From Octopus vulgaris (lineage: Eukaryota), in assembly GCA_951406725.2 (NCBI GenBank), contig OX597824.1:46376001-46440000 (forward strand): a DNA stretch of 64,000 nt. The letters are read 5' to 3'. The translations under genes and the position numbers were made by a program. A model generated the notes under the pieces. That model was not told where the DNA came from, made no database searches, and saw nothing but the letters and a program-made list of their open reading frames with translations. Numbering within the stretch: position 1 is the first letter of the stretch; each line of letters opens with the position of its first letter. Positions 12,176 to 25,146 of this stretch are shown in pieces.

Positions 12176-12800
12176 GAATACATTTTCGCCTGACCATGCA
12201 GAAAATCCCTTAAGTGAATTCAAATATGAACCTGAAGAAGGAGTAACCTTTGAGGCTTACTTTCGAAGATTTGAACAAATTTTTAAAAAAGAATATCAGG
12301 ATTGGACGGATGAAATGTAAACACATCTAGTTTCAAAAAAACTAGCGACAGCAGAGCATGAGAAGTATAGTGACTTCATATTTCCCAAAAAAGTGTCTCA
12401 CATAAATTTCATCGACATGGTTGTAATTTTGTGCAAAATGTTTAGTGAAAAGAACTCGATGTTTAATACTAGATGGAAATGATTAAACATAGAAAAGAGC
12501 AAAGATAAAAACTTCACTACTTACACTGGCAGAGTCGGCAAAGAATGTGAGAGATTTAGGCTGGATATGCTTACTCCAGATTCTTTCAAGTGTTTGATTT
12601 TTGCACAAGGATTAACAGATAAAAGAGATGCAGAAATCCGAATGAAAATTCTAGCAAAACTGGAAATGAACCAAGATTTGACATTGTAGAAACTGTTGGA
12701 AGAGTGTAACATGATATTAAAATTAAGGCATGATATGGAAGAAATTCAATGGAAAGAGTGATTTCACATAAGACCATTGCAAAAAAGTCGGAAGACAAAT
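12176..12800 (+). mobile_element. Second Gypsy gag fragment, opposite orientation
   Basis: FSPDHAENPLSEFKYEPEEGVTFEAYFRRFEQIF..PDSFKCLIFAQGL..DAEIRMKILAKLE is paralogous to the minus-strand gag at 11130-11690. Confidence 0.85.
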
Positions 12801-13364
12801 AGTGTTGCAGGAAGTGACTGCATACCCGGATCAAATTATTCTCATTCATTACCATGGGTATCTTGGTATGGCCCATTCAGAGTCACCTGTCATTTTTTCT
12901 ATTTACCTTCTGGTCTTGGCTGGTAGTTTCTTGGGTTGTCTGTTTGACATGTCTACTTGGAGATTGCCAAAGAGTGCCAATATTTCTATTTTCATTTTGT
13001 TATAAAAGAATATCCCTAATTACCTTATGTACCACACATTTGATTATGCACAGTGGGTCCAGAGCTGGACTTTTCAAAAAATTGAAGGTTTCCCAATTAA
13101 AATATGTTTTGGTGCAATTTCTGAAAACTAAAATGCTCAAATTTAAGAAATTTTATGTAATTTTAAAGTTGTAAATGCAAATAAAGAGTATGTGAACAGC
13201 ATATGGCCTGGAAATTTTATTTTGAGAACAAATAAATGATTTTTGTCATCTAAGGAACGAAAAGGGGCTAAAGTGTAAATTTTATTTAAATTCTAGTGAT
13301 TTTGTTTTTGCAACTCTAGAAATATCGAAGATTTTTGTTGATGTTTGGGAATTTTTACTCCTAA

Positions 13365-13766
13365 AATCCAGAGAACTGTTTCTGGAGGGAAACACAATCT
13401 TTCAGGATGATAATGCACCAATTCACACAGCTAAAGTTGTTACTGAATGGCACAAAGAACATTCTAGTGAAGTCGAACATCTTGTTTGGCCACCACAGTC
13501 CCCAGATCTCAATATTATTGAACATTTATGGTGCATTTTAGAAAAACAAGTAAGGAGTTGATATCCTCCACTATCATCACTACAAGAACTGGATACTGCT
13601 TTAGTTGAAGAATGCACAAAAGTTCCTTTGGAAACAATTCAAACTTTGTACGAGTCCATACTTCATAGAATTCAAGCTGTAATTACTGCCAAATGCAGTT
13701 CTACCCCATATTAACATAAATTTGTTTGAAATTTTAAGGTGTTTCCATTATTTTGTTCAACCCCTG
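13365..13766 (+). mobile_element. 3' part of a Tc1 (DD34E) transposon with right TIR
   Basis: FQDDNAPIHTAKVVTEW..WPPQSPDLNIIEHLW..RIQAVITAK..TPY*, ending TTATTTTGTTCAACCCCTG before a TA-rich run. Confidence 0.92.
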
Positions 13767-14339
13767 TGTATATATGTATATATATATATATATATTACAT
13801 ACATAATATATAATATATTGTGAAATATCAGGAAATTAATGTCAGAAAAATTCTTCAGAAAGATATTTTAGTGATATCAAAATAAGGTGATACTTACAGA
13901 TTGATAGATAAATTAATTAGAATTATTTGAGTATATGCACATTTACATGACATAAATTATACATTAAATGAATGTTGAATAGGTATTCTTAGAATTAGAA
14001 CCCGTGCACATCTATTCTATAATAAATGGACATTTACAGTTGCATTAAATTTTAAAATCTAAAAATTAATTTGGCATCTTCCAGTTATACGAATAAAAAT
14101 ATAAAAGAAATACTTTGACCACTTTATAATTTTATAATTTTGCATACATTTTATATTATCTACATCTATGAACTATATTTTGAAATGCAGGACAATATAC
14201 CAGATATTATACAAAATTGATTTACGTTGTTAGTATTGGTTGTATTAGTGGTTGTTTAGATTAATTTGGTTATTGGTATAGTAATTTTGTTTGTTATTCT
14301 TGTTGAACTGTAATATTTGAAACTATGTTCTGTGTGTGA

Positions 14340-15720
14340 CAGATGTAGAGAACTGTTGTTCCCCTCCATGAAGGGGGTGGGGAATATCTCTTTGTGTTTT
14401 TCACAAAAATTTGTTTGTTAAAAATGAACAACTGTGTTACTGAAAATATTTCTTTGTCATCCAAAGAAAAAACTGTGCCTAAAGAGAATTCCTTGTTTTC
14501 TCAAGAAAAAACTGTTATTGAAAAATTGAATTCTCCAGAAAAGAATAATTCCTCTGCAGAGGATATGAATGAGACTGAAATCCTAAGCCAACAGCAGATC
14601 AAATAGTGAAAAAGTTCAACTTTGCCGCTGTGGCAGGTGTTAAAATAGAAAGATTAAATATCGAACCAAGGGTGTTGTTGCAACACAAGAACATGTTTGC
14701 AAGGGAGGGTTTTGATGCAAAGGTCACCCTCCCAAATGATTTAATAGAACAAACGGCAAAGAAAATTATTTTTAAAACAATGGTAACAAAAGAAAAAAGA
14801 ATTGACAAGGCTTTGAAAGAACAAACTGAAAAATCTTTGTAGCCAATTTGGCAGAATGTAGAATACCTAACGTGAGGTAGATATGTGACAATGATAGTAT
14901 ATTTTAAAGATGAAGAGAAGGCAATGCAACATTCAATACATACACTAAAAACTAATGAAATAGTGCTCCTACCAACACACTTGGGTAGGTGAACTTCTAA
15001 AGTGATAATTGACGAGATCCCACCGGAAGTGGATATCACTTGGCTCTGCTCAACCCTACTAATGGGGCTGGAAGATAATATCAAAGTCCTAGTGGTGATG
15101 AGAATTCAGCAGCAAAACTGGCAGGGCCAGGGACTAGAGGTCCTCATCCAGGTGGCCTTCCAGTCCCTGGAAGATATAGTCGAGACCATTCATCTTGGAG
15201 AGGAAACCACCTTGCGGGTGATGGTGGAGGGGAGAAGACCCTGATGCTACAAGTATGGCGAGAAGGGCCACATTCGAGCGAACTGCCCTACCTGCAAGGC
15301 AGAGGAAGCCCAAAGAGAGGAAACAAATGAATAGAAGATGGAACAACAAAACCAAAAGACTGCCAGCAGGCCCCCAGCACTGAGAATACTCAACAAGCTG
15401 GGAACGAAGATGGCTGGTCGGTCGTAAGAGTGTAAAAGATATCTGAAAGAAAAAATCTCAATCTCACCTCATCCACTCCTAGCACAAACAAGAAAAAAAC
15501 CCCGCCACAAGCACACACACGAAAAAAATCACCTCTCCTCACCACTACTCCCCACAAAAGTCAACAATATCTTCTCCAGATTCCTTCCCATCCAACCCCA
15601 GATATCATATGATATCCCCCCTGTCACTGAGACACCCCTACTTCCCCTTACCTCCAGCGCTGACTTCCCCCCATCACAGCCCTCACCCCTTACCCCTACA
15701 TATACCTACGAAGTTCTTCC
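14340..15720 (+). mobile_element. Decayed gag-like ORF1 of a non-LTR retrotransposon (zinc knuckle), no ORF2 seen
   Basis: FAAVA motif, RRM-like middle, LRVMVEGRRP*CYKYGEKGHIRANC (degenerate CX2CX4HX4C), then a P/T/S-rich tail. Confidence 0.65.
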
Positions 15721-15790
15721 CCACCTGGCTTATTCCACAGACTTTTCTCCTACTGACTACTACTTTTTCAAGCACCTTGATGGTTTCCTG

Positions 15791-16105
15791 CATCATATCC
15801 AGCTATAAAGAATAGCATGTAAATACTGAGTTGAAAAGCCCTTTTAGATAGAAAAGTCAAAGGATGCCCATGGGACTTGAACTCACATTCTTCATAGACA
15901 TGACAGGCATTCTCTCTGGTAAGAATGAATTTTCTAAGATGGATAGAGAAATTTGAAGGATTGCTTTTGTCCAGTGGTAGGATGCCTGTCATGTCTACGA
16001 GAGGTGTGGGTTTGAGTCCTATGGTCAGCCGTCAACATTTTCTAGCCAAAAAGATATTTTTTCAACCCACTATTTACATGCTATTCTTTATAGCTGTATG
16101 TGATG
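15791..16105. repeat. Inverted pair of tRNA-like/SINE heads (about 130-bp arms)
   Basis: CAGCTATAAAGAATAGCATGTAAATA (15800-15825) is the exact reverse complement of 16071-16096. TAGACATGACAGGCAT pairs with ATGCCTGTCATGTCTA. Confidence 0.85.
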
Positions 16106-18082
16106 TGCTTCAAGAAGCATTATTCCAAAATAGAATTATTTCATGTTCTCTCAATTTATGAAATTCTTATAATGTCAACAATATATCTCATCAAAATTAT
16201 CATCGTCATTTAACATTTGTTTTCCATGCTGGCATGGGTTGGATAGTTTGACAGAAGCTGGCTAGGCAGAACACTGCACCAGGCTTCACTGTCTGTTTTG
16301 GCAGGGGTTTTATAGTTGGATGTCCTTCCTAACACCAACCACCTCACAAAATGGGCTGAGTGCTTTTTACATGGCACCAGCACTGATGAGCCCTGTTTTG
16401 GCATGTTTTTTTTACAGCTGAATTTCCTTCCAAATGCCAACCACTTTACAGTATGGACTGGATGCCTTTTACATGGCACCAGCACTGGTGGAGGTCACCA
16501 AGTAACTAGCAAGACATATATACACACTCACATACATACACACACATATATATTTATATATATATTACGAATCGAAAGCAGAATGTCTGCAGGATAGTAT
16601 CCAAGAAAAGCTTCCTACACTGAGTATCCTAGACCAGGTGAGACAACTCATCCTGAGGTAATCAAGAATGGTAGATACAGGTATTTTGTCATTATTGTGG
16701 CTTATCAATAGCATGTACCTTGATCATCTCAAAATGAAATATGAATTGCTGGTCTTGGACTTATATGCAAATAGACTGAAGTCTGTTTACTGATGTGCTG
16801 CAGCATGCCATATGTGAAGGAAAATTAAATTATGAATTAAAAGCAGCTTTAGTAATGTAGACATTATTGGTTGCACATATATAATATGTATTTTGTGTAA
16901 ATGCCCATTTGCTGCAGGATGGTGTCTGAAGAAAGCTTCTTATATGATGCTGAGTGTTCTAGACCAGGTGAGACAACTTACCCCGAAATCATCGAGTATG
17001 TATATGTGACCAATAATGTCTATATATATATATATATAATCATTACAGATATAGGGTAATGATTATTTCACTCCCTGATAACAAAACTGCGGATCTCTTT
17101 CTGCGGTACTATCTTGTGACGCACATGGTAAACTTGGAGAGAAATACGAATTCACTGGTCTATATAAGTTTGGATATGCTATGCTGACTACCTTGTGTTA
17201 TGTTCCGATGACGCTTGGTCAGAAATGCAAAGGGTAAGTTTTTCTAGCATTTTCAAATTTATAATTTTTGAAATATTATGTTGACAAAGAAAATGAATTT
17301 GTATAATTCTGATCCAGAAACGCATCATAATTAATCGAAGACTGTTTGATTTCATTATTTTTCTTCTTTTTGCCTATGTGAGTTACAAATATTATCTGTT
17401 GGAGTCATATTTTGTAGTGAAAAGAAATAATGGTCTTTTGGCTGCTATTTCTACATTTTCGGTATGTGGTGAAGCAACTTGTTGCTAAACCCTTAATTAT
17501 AGTTATAATTATGTGTGTGTGTGTGTTCATACTTATACTGCTTAAAACTGGTACTGTTGTTTATGTTCCATAACTTAGTAGCTTGAAAAATAGAGGATAA
17601 AATAAATATCAGATTGAAATAAGTACTGGGGTTAGTAATATGATTGACTCCAGCATGGCCTCATATTTATGTATATGTGTGTAGGTATATGTGTATATCA
17701 GTATATATGTTCAAATACCTACTTTTGAATCTAATATATGTGTTTGTATAAATATATATATTTTCAAATATTTAAATATTTATGCAACTAAATCTACATA
17801 TTTGATATGTATACTTTTATTTGTAAATGTATATACTTCTATATTTTTCATTTTATATATATGTATGCATATTTTGTAATTTCAAATATTATTTTTCCTT
17901 GTTTGAATAGAAAGTCTGTTGCCAAAACCTTTTAATCATTCAGCTATGAAACTTGATAGAACAAAGACAGTACCAAACTAGTAACCGTATTCCAAAGTAC
18001 AAATGTTAATCTGATGGTACATTAAAAATAATGTGGAAATCATTTTGTCACATTATCAAAAGCCCGCAGATCTTGAATTTTA

Positions 18083-19434
18083 CAAGGGTGGGCTGAAAAG
18101 TTGATAGGTTGACTATGAAGGAGTGCTGCTAAAGCTGTGAAATCTAGCATGCTTTAATTTTGATTCATTAATAATTACATTGTTTCTTTCCAGGTAAACT
18201 GACATCTGATTGGTCAAAGAAGACTTCAAAAATAACTAGTAGCAACTTCTTGAAAATTGATAAAATTTGGCATTATGGTATAATGAAGTACCTGCAGAAA
18301 AAGGCTTTAGCCCCCAAAGGACATTCATGCTTACATAGTTGCTACAGTAGGGTACAATGCTCCAGCTTTATCAACAGTGCGAAAACAGGCAGCTGAATTT
18401 AGGAGTGGAATGGAGAGTCTTGAAGATGACCCAATGTCTGGATGTCCTGCAATTGCTACCACCAAGGAAAACATTGACCATGTTCATCACATGGTGGTGG
18501 ATGATAGGCAATTGACAATAAGTGAAAAAGCCAATGCTATTAACATATTCCTGCTCAAAAACACACCAGGATGATGACATCACTGGAAAATCTGGCTCTA
18601 TTTAAGGCAGATCCAGCTGTTTTTCTTAAACATTTCCTGACCCAGGATGAGTGTTGGTTTTATCACTTTGACCCAGAGACAAAGAGACAATCCATGCAGG
18701 GAAAACACCCCTCATCACCTGCTCAAAAGAAGGCTAAAATAATTTCATCTGCAGAGAAGGTGATGGCCTCAGTTTTTTGGGATGCATAAAGTATTGTGCT
18801 TATTGACTATCTTCAAAAGGGCCACACCATCAATGGAGAGTACTATGCCAGCTTACTGAGGCAAGAAACAATGTAGTTATTAATAGTCAAAATTAAAGCA
18901 TGCAAGATTTCACAGCTTTAAGCATCACTCCTTCATAGTCAACTTATCAACTTTTCAGCCCACCCTTGTAAATTCAAGACCAAATGCCGAAAAAAACTGA
19001 CGAAAGAGGTTTTGTTTCACGAGGACAGTGTTCCAGCACACAAGCCTTTGATTTCAATGGCTACTGTGTGACTGTAGCTTTGTACTGGTTGATCAGCCTA
19101 CCTATTTGTAGTGTGACGGATGAAGAGGACAACAGAAAGGTCTCCACCGACACCACACTATTCTCCTGATTTGGCCTCATCTAACTATCATCTGTTTGCT
19201 AACATGAAAAACCACTTGGCATGGAGCCAGTATCACAGTGATATACTATCTGTTGTTGATGACTTTTTGACCGACAGGATGAAAGCTTCTTCACCAATGG
19301 GACACAAGCACTGCAACACCGATAGAAGAAGTGTGTGGACTGTAAGAGTGACTCTGTTGAAAAAATAAACTGCATTTTAGTCACATTTGATTAGAGTATC
19401 TTGGTCAGCCTATGGACTTTTCAGCCAACCTTCG
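18083..19434 (+). mobile_element. Near full-length decayed mariner element with TIRs and TA TSD
   Basis: TA|CAAGGGTGGGCTGAAAAGTT...ACTTTTCAGCCAACCTTCG|TA. Motifs SLEDDPMSGCP, TQDECWFYHFDPETKRQS, KVMASVFWDA, YSPDLASSNYHLF. Confidence 0.93.
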
Positions 19435-19491
19435 TATGTTAAATTAGATCTTATGTTTATCTTTCCTGTTGGGTACCCCAGCAAATAGCAC

Positions 19492-19525
<34 letters not shown>

Positions 19526-20766
19526 TGTACATCCATTTTACCACACTTAAATTGTAGTAAAACAACTTCAATATTTCTTTCTCTACAGGATTTTATTACA
19601 ATCTATGGGTGTACATTATATAGTATCCTATTCTCAGTAGGTATCACTATGAACTTTTGAAATATATTTAGATGTAATTTCTTCTGTACTCTTTTGTTTT
19701 GTTTTTTTGAGGAACGTCCAAAAAGAAATATTTAGATACCTCATTTGTGAAATTTGGATAAATATATTAGGAAATATGACAATCTGAATTGTCAGCAAAT
19801 TGGTTGAAATTTTGCCTAATTAGTCTAAATGGATTATTAATCATATTTTTGAAACTGAAGTGATAATCATCTTCAAATTACATAGATTAGTAGTGTTCAT
19901 AAGATAGTAGTAGCCTATTTAAAAAAATTTTTTCAGGTTCTTGAAAAGGAAACTTTTCTTTTTGGCAATTTTTAAAATATTTATGTATAGCTTATTTTGT
20001 TACTTTTGAGAAACAGTCAATTTCACAGTGTTTTCAAACCTAGTTTAATCCAAAAGTATAAGCTACTCTTGAGTTTTGACACATTTGTAGTAGATATAGA
20101 AGTATTTTAAATCTCGAGACTTTTGGGATATGATACCATTTTGATAAAATTTTAATAGACTATTAAAAATTGCTGTAAATGGTGGAGTTTCGGATCAAGA
20201 TGCCCATGCAAGTTGAATTTTCTCCATTTTGATGGGGATTTTTCCAACTTTTTTTTCCACCACTGCCTTGGAAATGATGTAGGGAAACTTTTTGTGAAAA
20301 ACATTTTTTGAAAATTTATGTTGTTCCCCTCCCACTTCCATCCACCCTTGATATGGACCAATTTTGGCCAGTTTTCTTTCACTGTTGTTTCTAGCACATC
20401 TCATGACCACCTGGTACCTTTCTCAGTAAGCCAAGATTAAGAAACAGATAAAATGTGATAAAATTAATTCCTTGCTTTAACAGTAAAAGCATAAATTAAA
20501 TTGCTGTAACTTACAGCAAACTCATTAGTAGAAGAGAGAGGGATCTTTTCTGATTTATGGTGACCCTACCCTCTTTATTAATTTTTATATTTTTTTGCCA
20601 TACTGTGGCCAGATTTTGCAATGACCATATTGAATTAGTGAGAAATTTTTCTTTCTTATTGTACTTGAAGAAAATTTGTTCTTTTCTAAGTAAAGATTAA
20701 TGATAAATTTTCACTTTATATTTCATAACAATTACCTGACCTATCCCATTGATTTTTATATCAAAA

Positions 20767-20800
20767 CTAGCAGCGATACCTGACGTTGCTTGGGATTAAA
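20767..20800 (-). mobile_element. Helitron 3' terminus (the element extends to the right, far end not resolved)
   Basis: Minus strand reads CCCAAGCAACGTCAGG hairpin, spacer, CTAG|T. Same design as the ends at 29159 and 53811. Confidence 0.6.
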
Positions 20801-21882
20801 ATGGTATAGTTTGTATATATATATATATATATTACAGTTATGTTGAAACAGGTGATATGGGAAAGTGCGGCATTGATGACAAAACATTTGTGGAGTAAAT
20901 GATGGTCTAATTCGACTAAGCAACATATAATACATTTGTTTGCCGGATGCCATGCCCTAACCTGTCATGGACAATTGGGAGTTGGTGGGGTTATGTAATT
21001 TTTGAACCCACCAAAAAGCTGTCAGTGGATATATTTGCCTTTGAGGCGGTCAGTGCAGCGTCTAACATGATCCATCGTATGGTTGACAGTCAGATGAATG
21101 GAGGTGTAATGGAGATATTGTACATAAATGGGCACATTCCAGGAAAGGGCTGCAATGGGAGTCAGCAATACGGAAGTGAACTGTGGTAATGTTGCAGAAG
21201 GTGAGGGGTTGACATTGAATTGCTGGTGTGGCTGTAGAATAAGAGACATAAAGTGAGCCTATGCAGTCACATGAGAATATGTAGTAATGAATTACCTGAA
21301 AAAAATAAGGCAAAATGGTTTACGGTGTGGTATCTATATAGCATCCTGTATTTTTGTATGCAGTGTAAATTAATGAAATATAAGCAAATGGTACATTCAT
21401 GAATACCAGCCATCACATATGTATATGTATGTGTAGATGTGTGTGTGTTTAATAACATATCACACTGAGATATGTACATGTTCATACACTTACACACATA
21501 CACTTACAGACAGATACACAGTCATATACAAAATTTGATGTTGCTGTTGTATAAAATGTCCTGTTGACAATAGAAAGATTATCTCTATTAATTGTTTTAA
21601 TCGAAATGAAAATAATGGAAATGAAAATAAAATTTTGTATTGACACTGACCAGCCCTCACATATAGTGTTTGATAATGTACCTAATGTGGAAAGACACAC
21701 ACACTGTGAGATATATACACACTCATACACTCACACACATACATTCACAGACAGATATACAGTCATATACAAAATGTAACATCATTGTTGTTGTCAGTCA
21801 TCATATGTGTATATGTATGTGTTGACAAGTGTGTGTTTAATAGTGTACCATTACATATGTATGTGTGAATGTGTGTGTTTAA

Positions 21883-22104
21883 CCCTTTTTGTTACCGTAT
21901 TTATTTTGAGATGCTCTTTGTTTCTTTCAGTTACTTTAAGTATAATAAAGAATTTAGTAAAATAACTTAGTTATAATTCAGCTAGTGTTAGGAACATAAA
22001 TTGTGACTAAGGTTTGATGGAAGATTTTAATTCAAAACTTATGAAAACAAGACATTTGTACTATAGAGCCAGAGCCGGTTTCAGTTGGGTTGGTAACGAA
22101 AGGG
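21883..22104. mobile_element. piggyBac-like MITE (TTAA TSD); related elements near 23020-23227, 28730-28948, 36877-37083, 58573-58772
   Basis: TTAA|CCCTTTTTGTTACC...GGTAACGAAAGGG|TTAA. Confidence 0.8.
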
Positions 22105-24601
22105 TTAATAATGTACCTAATGCAGAAAGACACACTATAAGACATATACACACTAATGAAACTTGAGAAAGTTGACAAGGGCTTGGCCAAAGAGGAAGGT
22201 GTCTATCTTCAGCCCTTTCAATCTTCTCCACTACATAACCTCTTTTGTCAGATAAAGTCTTCCTGTCCTTCCCAGCTAAAAGAAGGCAGCAGGATGATCT
22301 TCACCATGGACTCAGCTAATTGCTGGAGCTGTCGCACATATGATTGCAAGTGTTTGACATAACTCCACAAGTCAGCAGTGGGCAGCAGAATGATCTTCTC
22401 AATGGACTCTGCTAACAGCTGAATTTGCTGCACATATGACTGTAAGTATTTGGCATAACTTCATAAGTTAGCAATGCCCAGGCACTGGATGACTGCATGC
22501 AGAGCAATTTCATTACTTTGCATGTATCTTGGAGAGATCCAGCTCACAGTACTTCCATAGCAGTAGGGTTTATCTTGCACCAGCAATGCTCCCTGGTGGC
22601 CATACCAGGCCAAGAATTTCTGGATATTGTTCATGAGCCCAGACCCAAGAGTCCTCTGAAATAGACTTGCCAGTTGATTTCCAGTGACACCCAGATTTTT
22701 CCTAAAAACATCATCATTTTGGCCCTCCACTTATAATAACTGTTTCTAATATAGGAACAACTCAAATTTCAGGAGAGGGGTTACTATCAACCCTAGTACT
22801 TCATTAATACTTTATTTTACCAAACCCAAAAGAATGAAAGGCAAAGATTTCAATGACAGGCAAGTAAAAGAATAAAAACAGTTTAAACATTGTGGATCAT
22901 TCATTGATGTAGATATTTTAGGATCAATGATACAATGAATTTCAGATTAAAAAAACCCAAAAAAACCTCTCCTTTCAAAGATGATGGAAGTAGGAAAAAG
23001 TGAAGAGTGTGGGAACTTATTAACTCTTTAGCATTCAAAGCTTTTTCTCAGCCATATATTCTACCTATTTTATGTTCAAATTGGTCTTCCACACCTACAA
23101 TGTCATTCTGAAAATAACAATTACGTCATTGAAATCTGAAAGCTATGAGATAATGCATGATTAATTCAAAACAATTTGAATAGATAAGTATTACATTTAA
23201 CAGAGTAATCTGAAGGCTAAGAGTTAAACCGTTGTTTGATAATATTGATATTTGAAGAAGCTCAGAATATTACTGTTACTCATGTTGCATTAACTTTCAA
23301 AACTAAATGTGGTTGATAGCATATTTAGATTGCTTTATCTAGTATAAGGAAGATATAGCTTGTTTAAATAAGACTCTGAAAGAGAAAAAATTATTTTGAC
23401 CTATGTCAAGTACCATCATATCATATATCGTTGTTTGATAAGATAAGCGACTCTTCACCTTTGCTTATTTCCAGTCAGTTGACATTATTTAACCATCACC
23501 ACCACCACCACCGCTACCACCAACCTGAACAATTACCACAATGCAATCTAATCTGATATCCTAATGACTGCATTAACTGTTGATGTGGGAGTCTGTCAGT
23601 ATCAGCATAGCCATGGTCAGCAGTGTTGGTCGTGGCGTCGGCAGCGGCAAAATGTTTAGTAGCATTTCTTCTAGCTCTTTTTGTTATGAGTTCAAAAACT
23701 ACTGAAGTCAGTTTTGCCTTTCATCCCTTTATCATTGATAAAATAAAATGCCAGGAGTTGATATAATTGATTAATACCATCTTCCCAAAATTGCTGATCT
23801 TTTGCCAAATTTTGAAACCGTTATTATTATATTGTTACTTTGCATTCCATTTTTAAGGTTAATCTATATTGCAATATTTTTATATTTCACTGACAGCTTA
23901 GTATAAATCATGAGCAGTAAGTCTGAAGATGTTCACTTAACCATAAACAACTATGTCAACAATGTTTGAACAAACTTAAGATAATTTTGCTTGTCCTAAA
24001 ATGTCACCCAGTTCAGGATAACTTTCTAATTTTTTGCTTTCTTTGGCATACATTCCGTAAAGATATCAAACTTGAGAACAGCTAATGACCTCTTAGTGTT
24101 TGCTCAGTCTCTTGTCATCAAGTATGTTTGCTAGTTTTAAACAGTGGCCTTACTGAGAGTCACTTGCAGCCCATCATAAAAGCATGTCTGGGCTTCTTCA
24201 CATATTATGCAATCTTTGTTAGGCAGAAGAATCTTTTGTAAGGTATCGTTTGTTTTCAGTTCTGTGTGTAAACATGTCCAGGCAGTTTGTCATTTGATAA
24301 AACTATGAAATAATTGGGTATTAACGTCAGGAAGGGCATATGACCATAGAAAACTTTTACCCTAATATACACTCATCTGACCCTTGCAAGTAGAGTTTAA
24401 ACAATGCTGCTACTCCTCCTGCTGATAAACTTAATTGATTTATGTATCATAATATATAAATATTTGTATCAATGTATCTCTACTATCAATGATTTTGATT
24501 TTGAAATTTAGGGAAATATTAGGAATATAACTATGAAAAAAATCTGATTTATTTTATTTTGTCAAAAATATTAATATTTCAAAATTTAATCTAATTTGCA
24601 G

Positions 24602-24720
24602 GCTCAAGTTTGATCTTCTGTTTGTGAAAAGGTTTCTCAAACTGTTCACCTTTATGTTTCCATCATTCCTCAGCCTCCCAACATTACTCTGCATCTTTCT
24701 GTTATTGCTGTCCATGTTAG
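24602..24720 (+). CDS. ABCD4: ABCD4 coding exon 2
   Basis: TTGCAG|...|GTAGGT, 119 nt. LKFDLLFVKRFLKLFTFMFPSFLSLPTLLCIFLLLLSML aligns with human [21 protein letters not shown]. Confidence 0.93.
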
Positions 24721-25146
24721 GTAGGTATGTTTTCAAATTAGTGCTTGTGTGTGTGCTGGGGAGGGTTGTACGTTTGTGTATGTATGCATGTATGTATCTA
24801 CGTGTACCTGTAAGCATATATGTGAGTGTGTACATATGCAAGCATATGTGTATATATGCATGCATGTATGTATGTGTATGTTTGAGTGTTCACTTCCTGA
24901 TTGGAATTTTGGAGTTTATTCTGACCAACTGCCCTGCTCAGTGGCCAGCCTGTAAATGAATTATTAATCTTTTTGACACCAACTTGTTTGTGACTGCCCT
25001 TGATTGTATGGTACAATTTTTTTTTAAAGTGATATAAATTAAAGCTTTCCAACAAAATTGCTGCAGATACCAGATGAATAATGACCAATATGGTAACCCC
25101 TTTGTTACTATATTTCTGTTGAAATATATTGCCTTTTTTTCAGTTA

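Noticed and set aside
17049-17233. Exon-like segment (ACAG| ... AGG|GTAAGT) in intron 1
   Set aside because: Strong donor, but no polypyrimidine tract, stops in all three frames and no recognisable homology. It cannot be supported as an exon without RNA data.
22280-22735. Tandem duplication of about 100 bp and an 89-aa minus-strand ORF
   Set aside because: No recognisable domain. Probably a decayed retroelement 3' region that I cannot classify.
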